Of a DNA stretch of 64,000 nucleotides, positions 58,081 to 64,000 are shown in pieces. The notes beneath the pieces are model-generated. The model did no database searches. It was not told the DNA's origin and saw only the letters and a list, made by a program, of their open reading frames with translations. The stretch spans positions 11,017 through 75,016 of the forward strand of contig CALBCM010000035.1 of NCBI GenBank assembly GCA_937927235.1, given 5' to 3'. This stretch comes from an uncultured Johnsonella sp. GTDB taxonomy: Bacteria; Bacillota; Clostridia; Lachnospirales; Lachnospiraceae. The translations under genes were made by a program, and so were the position numbers. The first letter of the stretch is position 1; every line of letters starts with the position of its first letter.

Positions 58081-61077
58081 ATGTCAGAGAAGATAAAAGC
58101 TGAAAAAGAGTATAAATATGATGTATTTATAAGCTACAGGCATCTGGACCCCGATGTGGACATAGCACAAAGGCTGCATAAGCTGCTTGAAACCTTTAAA
58201 ATACCCAAAGAGCTGTCAAAAAAAATAGACTGGAAGCACAGGTCATTTATAGACAGAGAGGAGCTTACTACAGGTGACCTCTCAAGTGCAATAATAGATG
58301 GTTTAAATAACTCAAGACATCTAATAGTGATATGCTCAAAAAGGACAAAGCTTTCTCCCTGGTGTATAAAGGAAATAGAAACCTTCAAAAAAATACATGG
58401 TGATGATAAGGTACTTGCACTTTTAGTAGAGGGAGAGCCTGATGAATCCTTTCCGGCTCCGATAAAGCAGCTTCAAAATACTAAAAGGACTGAAGTAATA
58501 GATGAAGCATATTTAATTGATACAGATTATGAACTGTTAAACAACAGACAGGCGAGTGAAATACTGGCGGCAGATGTAAGACCTCACAGGGTTAAGGCAC
58601 CGGATTTTAAGGGATATGAAAATTCCAGCCGGGAAGAAATCAAAGAATTAAAAAAAGAGTCGCTTCAAATACTGAAAAAGACGGAAATTTACAGAATAGT
58701 GGCAGGAATAATAGGTATAAGCTATGGCGATTTAAAGCAGAGAGGACGTGAAAGAAGGCTGAGGATTATGCTTGCAGCAGGGGCAACGGCTTTGGCAGCG
58801 CTCTCAGTATTTACCACCTTTATGCTCATGATGTATATGCGTGCCTTAAAATCTGAAAGGACAGCAAGGCAGCAGACTGCACTGATGATACAGAATTATG
58901 CTGACAGATCTATAGGCAGCGGTGATAAAATCTCTGCTCTTTTAATTGCCGAAAAGGCTATGGAATACACTTCAAATAAAATGGATTCTATAGATTATAT
59001 TAATGCCGAAAATTATTCCATCCTTACAAGAGCCGTAGTAAATGAGCCTTATTCAAGCTTTGCGAAAATTGATATAGGTAGAGAAAACCCTCAGTTTGCC
59101 ATCATTGAAAACGGCAAAAGATTAGCTGTAATAGGACAGGCAGGAGATATTGAGGTTTGGAATATAGAAAATGGACTGCTTGATAAAAAAATAGAATCAG
59201 ACGAATTCTTTATTTCAATTACAGGTACTGAAAATTTAGATGAAATTATAGGATTTACGGTAGACAGAAAAATAATAAAATTTAATATTTCAGACTTTAC
59301 GCAGCAAGAAATAGGAAGCTCTAAGGATGCTGTATATGCAGAAACTGCATTAACGAAAAACGGAAGATATTTGATTGGAATTATTAATTATTTAGATGAA
59401 AATCGTATAGATATATGGGATATGGAAAAAAAAGAAATTACCTATACAAAAAAGTTTTACTCAGATAACAATTTGGTACGTGCGGCATATTCAGATGACA
59501 ACAATTATATGGGTTATATTTTGGAGGACGGCTCAATCACAGTACTCAAGCTTGACTCAGCTGAAGAAAAGCAGATTGTGCCCGCGGGGGATTCTGAAAC
59601 AAGTCGTCTGAAAAATCTGGTTTATAATGAAAAGGGTGATAAGCTTTATTATACCTCCGGAACAAAGCTGTATGAAGTCGACTGTGAGAACACTTCCAAT
59701 ACTAAAAGCTATGAGCTGGATTTTTATGCAGGAAGCCTGAAATATAGTGACGGTTTATTATATATAGAGAACAGAGCAAGTTCAAAAATTGGTATTACCC
59801 TGTTTAGTATTGATTCCGGTGAGGAGCTGACAACACTCAGAGGGAAATATGGGAGTTTAAATAATTTTGCTATAAATCCTGTAGAGCAGGAAGTGGTCGG
59901 TGCGTGGTCTGACGGCAGCATAAGCGTATGGAAAAATATAGCTTTTGATAAAGCTGCTGATAATGAAATCTATAAGTATGTTGACAATCTGAACAGCTCA
60001 ATGGCTGCAAGGCTCAGATTCACCGGAGATGGAAGGTATTTAATAAATTCAAATATTGACGGAACTATAGCGCTGGTAAGCACTCAGGGCAATTTGGAAT
60101 ATGAGGAGCTTAAGGGAGAGCTTATGACTCAGAGCAGGAATTATAGATATGCTCTGATTAAGGATGAGCTTAAATTATCAATATACGATACCTTAGAAAA
60201 GGCTGAAATTGCCTCCGTTACTATGCCTGAGGAGCTTAACCTGTTTTATACAATATATGCGGTTTCAAGTGATGCCGCAATAATTGCTGTAAGTGATTTT
60301 AAAACTTTAGGAGTACTGTTTGTAGATGCTCAGAGCAAAGAGGTAATCTCAGAAAGCAGGGCGGTAGATTTTGATATTGATGAATTTACTTCAGTCAGTG
60401 ATATTAAATTTTCTAAAGATAATAAATACGCATATATAGCTTATTCAAACGGTGAATTTGCCAAGGTGGCTATTTATGACGGCAGTAAGGTACAGGATTA
60501 TGAGGGGGTAGATTCAAGCATCAACTCAGCTGTCTTAAGCGAGGATGACAGATGGTTGGCTATAAATACAGCTGATAAAAATGCAGTCATTATAAATTCT
60601 GAAACTGGTGAAGCCAAGCATAAAATAGATGGTGAAGCCTACGCTTTAAGTGAAAATTCGGGCAGGCTTGAAGTGATAGGGACACTTAATGATGATATAT
60701 TCAGCTGGACTCAGGAAGATGGTGAAAAAATTACTTCAACTAATAATTTAAGACAGGGGCTGTCAAATCGCAGCTTAAATTATAATTCCATATCTCCTGA
60801 TAAAAAATATATGCTTACCAGTATTTCAAGCGGAGATACGGTACTGACCGATGTAAAGACCGGAGTATTCATAAAAAAGTTTTCAGGAGAAAGAAAGTCA
60901 TTTGGAAAGGCATTTTTTGCCGGGGATTCATCAAATATAATTTATACCTCTGCTAAAGGGATGTCAAGGCTTGAAAAGCTTTATAATATTGGAGAGCTTG
61001 AAAGCAAGGCTCAGGACATACTTAAGGGGCGCAGGCTTTCAGATGAAGAGCTTGAAAAAATAGGAAAATCAAAATAA
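58081..61077 (+). CDS. TIR domain - transmembrane helix - WD40/beta-propeller protein
   Basis: YDVFISYRH, FIDREEL, LIVICS, SPWCIKEI (catalytic Glu position); hydrophobic IMLAAGATALAALSVFTTFMLMMY; WD-like repeats (IEVWN, IDIWD, DGSISVWK). Confidence 0.85.
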   Translation: MSEKIKAEKEYKYDVFISYRHLDPDVDIAQRLHKLLETFKIPKELSKKIDWKHRSFIDREELTTGDLSSAIIDGLNNSRHLIVICSKRTKLSPWCIKEIETFKKIHGDDKVLALLVEGEPDESFPAPIKQLQNTKRTEVIDEAYLIDTDYELLNNRQASEILAADVRPHRVKAPDFKGYENSSREEIKELKKESLQILKKTEIYRIVAGIIGISYGDLKQRGRERRLRIMLAAGATALAALSVFTTFMLMMYMRALKSERTARQQTALMIQNYADRSIGSGDKISALLIAEKAMEYTSNKMDSIDYINAENYSILTRAVVNEPYSSFAKIDIGRENPQFAIIENGKRLAVIGQAGDIEVWNIENGLLDKKIESDEFFISITGTENLDEIIGFTVDRKIIKFNISDFTQQEIGSSKDAVYAETALTKNGRYLIGIINYLDENRIDIWDMEKKEITYTKKFYSDNNLVRAAYSDDNNYMGYILEDGSITVLKLDSAEEKQIVPAGDSETSRLKNLVYNEKGDKLYYTSGTKLYEVDCENTSNTKSYELDFYAGSLKYSDGLLYIENRASSKIGITLFSIDSGEELTTLRGKYGSLNNFAINPVEQEVVGAWSDGSISVWKNIAFDKAADNEIYKYVDNLNSSMAARLRFTGDGRYLINSNIDGTIALVSTQGNLEYEELKGELMTQSRNYRYALIKDELKLSIYDTLEKAEIASVTMPEELNLFYTIYAVSSDAAIIAVSDFKTLGVLFVDAQSKEVISESRAVDFDIDEFTSVSDIKFSKDNKYAYIAYSNGEFAKVAIYDGSKVQDYEGVDSSINSAVLSEDDRWLAINTADKNAVIINSETGEAKHKIDGEAYALSENSGRLEVIGTLNDDIFSWTQEDGEKITSTNNLRQGLSNRSLNYNSISPDKKYMLTSISSGDTVLTDVKTGVFIKKFSGERKSFGKAFFAGDSSNIIYTSAKGMSRLEKLYNIGELESKAQDILKGRRLSDEELEKIGKSK

Positions 61078-61107
61078 TTCGCTGCTGATGAACGGGTAAA
61101 ATAATTT

Positions 61108-62970
61108 ATGAAAAGAAGAATGCTGGATTTTTTTATAAGATTCAAGAATGAGATAATGACCCTCTGTATATTTATAGGAGGAATTTGCGGCACCCTGGGC
61201 TCCTATTTGTATTATAAATCAATTCTTTCAGGCTACAGACTGATATTTGCAGTTGTCTACAGCACAATTAAGCTTTTTATCTTTACTCCGGTAATACCTC
61301 TTGATGCAGATTATTCAGTGTGGTTTGAGCTGGGAAAATGGCTTGCTCCGCTTGGAACCTTAATAGGCTTGTTTTCAATTTTTGAAAGTTTATTTTATAG
61401 AGTCCGGCAGGTGCTTGCAGCCTATGGTGCACAGAATTATATAGTTTTCGGAAACGACGAGGAGGCAAGAAAACTAATCAGCAATATAATTAAAGAGGAC
61501 AGTCAGGCAACAGGCTGCCTGGTAGTTGATTCTCCTGAATTTATAAAAGCGGAGGAGGAGCTGATAAAAATCGGGGTAAAAACTGAGTGTATCAATTTTG
61601 AAGCTGAAAATTGTTCGGCAAAAAATGGGTTTAAAAATTCTGTATTATATGAAAAATTAAAAGCATTAAAGCTAAAAAAGACAAAATATATTATTTTTTT
61701 TGATTCCGATATGGAAAATTATGGCAGACTGAAATCTCTGCTGAAATATCTGCCTGAAAGAAAGAGCAGCTATAAAATTCTCATGAGATATGAAACCAAT
61801 GAGATTAAGGAAATTATTGAGGCTGATATTGATGAAGCAGAGGGAATAGATGTGGATTTTTTTAATCTTGAGGAGAGGATAGCACAGGAGCTTCTTCAAA
61901 AAAGCTGCTGCCCCTGTAAAAAGAAAATAAATATTGATTTATCCGATATTAAAGGTCAAAGCTCTGAAAATCCGATTCAGGCTCTGAGCTCTTGTCTTGG
62001 GCAAATGCATATACTTATAATAGGATTTGGAAGGCTGGGCAGAGCAGTGCTGACTGAAAGCCTTAATATAATGGTGGTAAATCCCGACAAAAGAATCAGA
62101 ATAACGATAGCGGACAAGAATATAGATGAAAAATTTTCTGATTATATTGCCGATTATAGACAAATCTATCAAATGGCAGAAATAGAGCTTATCAGTGAAA
62201 ATGTGCTGCATAGAGATTTTTATAAGGAAATTATAAAGGTTAATTCAAAAAATGAAATTAATAATATTATTTTTACCTTTGATAATTATAAAAATGTTAT
62301 TATTGTTTTAAACAGGCTTAAGGGAATACTTCCTGATACCGATATAGCTATAAGGGTGACAAGACTGAAAAATGCCGAGATATTTGCTGAAAGGCTGAGA
62401 GAATATTATCATAATATAACACTTTTTGGTGAAGACAGCCAGGTACTTGGAAAGAGCTTTGTCATTGAAAATGAAACCAAACGAAAAGCTATAGACTTTA
62501 ACTATAATTATAATATGACTGCCGCAAAAATAATGGGCTATGAGCTGCCGGAGGATTCGGCTGTAACTATGTGGGAAAGGCTTAATACAGTTAAAAAGGA
62601 ATCCTCTATTAAACAGATATTCCATAATTCCACGAAGCATAAGCTTATACAGCTTTTTATTGAAGCGGAAATTTTATCCGGCAGTCTTAATGCAGCTCAG
62701 GTGCTTGAGAGCTGGGAGGAGCTGCTTAAAAATAAAAATATAGAGGAGCAGATTAATCTTATAGAAAATGAGCCGGTAATGAATTATTTTGCGGCACTTG
62801 AGCATAGGAGATGGTGCAATTTTTATTTTCTCAGGAATTTTTCATATGGTGCAGAAAAAGATGAAAGGGCATTAAAGCATGACTGCCTTATTACTGACTG
62901 GGACAGGTTTTTAAAATCCTCAAAGCGCAATACCGTAATCTATGATTTTATCGCTGTGCTGAATAAATAA
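61108..62970 (+). CDS. Membrane protein with 2TM channel-like N-terminus, two TrkA-N/RCK-like Rossmann domains and a C-terminal RyR domain
   Basis: Two hydrophobic helices flanking YSTIKLF; YIVFG and HILIIGFGRLGRAV; AALEHRRW...FSYGAEKDERALKHDCLITDWD. Confidence 0.78.
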   Translation: MKRRMLDFFIRFKNEIMTLCIFIGGICGTLGSYLYYKSILSGYRLIFAVVYSTIKLFIFTPVIPLDADYSVWFELGKWLAPLGTLIGLFSIFESLFYRVRQVLAAYGAQNYIVFGNDEEARKLISNIIKEDSQATGCLVVDSPEFIKAEEELIKIGVKTECINFEAENCSAKNGFKNSVLYEKLKALKLKKTKYIIFFDSDMENYGRLKSLLKYLPERKSSYKILMRYETNEIKEIIEADIDEAEGIDVDFFNLEERIAQELLQKSCCPCKKKINIDLSDIKGQSSENPIQALSSCLGQMHILIIGFGRLGRAVLTESLNIMVVNPDKRIRITIADKNIDEKFSDYIADYRQIYQMAEIELISENVLHRDFYKEIIKVNSKNEINNIIFTFDNYKNVIIVLNRLKGILPDTDIAIRVTRLKNAEIFAERLREYYHNITLFGEDSQVLGKSFVIENETKRKAIDFNYNYNMTAAKIMGYELPEDSAVTMWERLNTVKKESSIKQIFHNSTKHKLIQLFIEAEILSGSLNAAQVLESWEELLKNKNIEEQINLIENEPVMNYFAALEHRRWCNFYFLRNFSYGAEKDERALKHDCLITDWDRFLKSSKRNTVIYDFIAVLNK

Positions 62971-63244
62971 GAATATTGCTCTCCCGTTTTACAGGTAGGG
63001 ACTTTACTTTAGGCATTGTTTATTAAATATGTAAGAAAATTATATGGATTTAGTATTGTATAATAGCTGTAAAATATAACAAGAATAGCCTATAATAAAT
63101 AATATCCATCAAAAATATGGACATTTCTGTTTTACAGGTGCTATAATAGGCGAAAATGCTTATTTATTTGCTACCTTAAACAGATAAATAAGTAAATAAA
63201 ACAGCTTCCGGCTTTAAAGAGACCGGAAAAAGGAGGACAAAGTT

Positions 63245-64000
63245 ATGGCGTGTACTACTATTTTAGTAGGAAAAAAGGCAAGTTTTGATGGCTCCACTAT
63301 GGTCGCAAGGAACCATGATTCACCCTCAGGGGTTTTTACATCTAAAAAATTTACCGTAGTGCAGCCTGAGAAGCAGCCGAGGCATTACCGCTCAGTGCTT
63401 TCTCATGTAGAAATAGAGCTGCCTGATAATCCGCTTCGCTTTACCGCACTGCCGAATGCTCTTAAAAATGAAGGCATTTGGGATACGGCAGGAGTAAACT
63501 CTGAGCATATCTCTATGACGGCAACAGAAACCATCACCAGCAATGAGAGAGTCCTGGCAGCTGACCCCTTAGTAAAATTTATACCTGCAAAGGACGGCAA
63601 GCCGGAGCAGGCAGGCGGAATAGGGGAAGAGGATATGGTAACCATAGTGCTTCCTTATATTCACAGTGCAAGAGAGGGCGTAGAAAGACTGGGAGCACTG
63701 CTTGAAAAATATGGAACCTATGAGATGAACGGCATCGCTTTTCAGGATATTGATGAAATCTGGTGGCTTGAAACTATAGGCGGGCATCACTGGATAGCCA
63801 AGAAAGTGCCTGATAATGCCTATGTAGTAATGCCTAATCAGCTGGGAATTGACAGCTTCGATTTGGAAGATGCCTTTACAAATAAAAAAGAGCATCTTTG
63901 CTCCGCCGATTTAAGAGAGTTTATTAAGGATAATTATCTCAACCTTTCCTTTGGCGAAAAATTCAATCCCAGAGAGGCTTTTGGAAGTCACTCCGATGCA
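63245..64000 (+). CDS. C69-family dipeptidase (PepD-like), 3'-truncated by window edge
   Basis: Own translation: [23 protein letters not shown]...[14 protein letters not shown]...GGIGEED...SAREGV; RBS AGGAGG. Confidence 0.92.
   Translation, partial: MACTTILVGKKASFDGSTMVARNHDSPSGVFTSKKFTVVQPEKQPRHYRSVLSHVEIELPDNPLRFTALPNALKNEGIWDTAGVNSEHISMTATETITSNERVLAADPLVKFIPAKDGKPEQAGGIGEEDMVTIVLPYIHSAREGVERLGALLEKYGTYEMNGIAFQDIDEIWWLETIGGHHWIAKKVPDNAYVVMPNQLGIDSFDLEDAFTNKKEHLCSADLREFIKDNYLNLSFGEKFNPREAFGSHSDA

Noticed and set aside
47..63895. Many short ORFs in the supplied track that are antisense to or nested within long genes (e.g. 20125-20583, 22626-23159, 46463-46882, 63403-63895)
   Set aside because: They are shadows of well-supported genes, with no RBS or recognisable motifs

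Overview
Chromosomal window from a low-GC anaerobic Firmicute, most likely a Lachnospiraceae member (inferred from gene content and order). It may be non-sporulating, because gpr/spoIIP are absent between rpsT and lepA. The core scaffold is dnaK-dnaJ ... prmA-rsmE-iscS-like-thiI-HPr-mtaB ... tkt-purF-degV-HK-GerMN-comEC-holA ... rpsT-lepA-hemW, broken by several accessory blocks. (1) A MerR-associated dihydropyrimidine/beta-alanine catabolic operon ends in two reciprocally degenerate Acl/Kal-type hotdog ammonia-lyase domains, one fused to a family III CoA-transferase. (2) A nine-gene glycine-cleavage + lipoate + Fhs/FchA/FolD operon. (3) A four-gene peptidoglycan sensing/hydrolysis operon (zinc-ribbon-SH3, M14 peptidase, zinc-ribbon-vWA-C-type lectin, NagZ) lies between a DIP1984-family gene and a ~200-nt structured non-coding element. 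(4) An orphan tnpB-type omega-RNA/right-end remnant and a candidate sRNA lie between flavodoxin and tkt. (5) A two-gene module pairs a TIR-TM-WD40 receptor with a 2TM-RCK-RCK-RyR channel-like protein, the strongest candidate for an undescribed signalling/defence system. No rRNA, tRNA, CRISPR array or intact transposase was recognised. All calls are by eye from sequence motifs; no searches were run.
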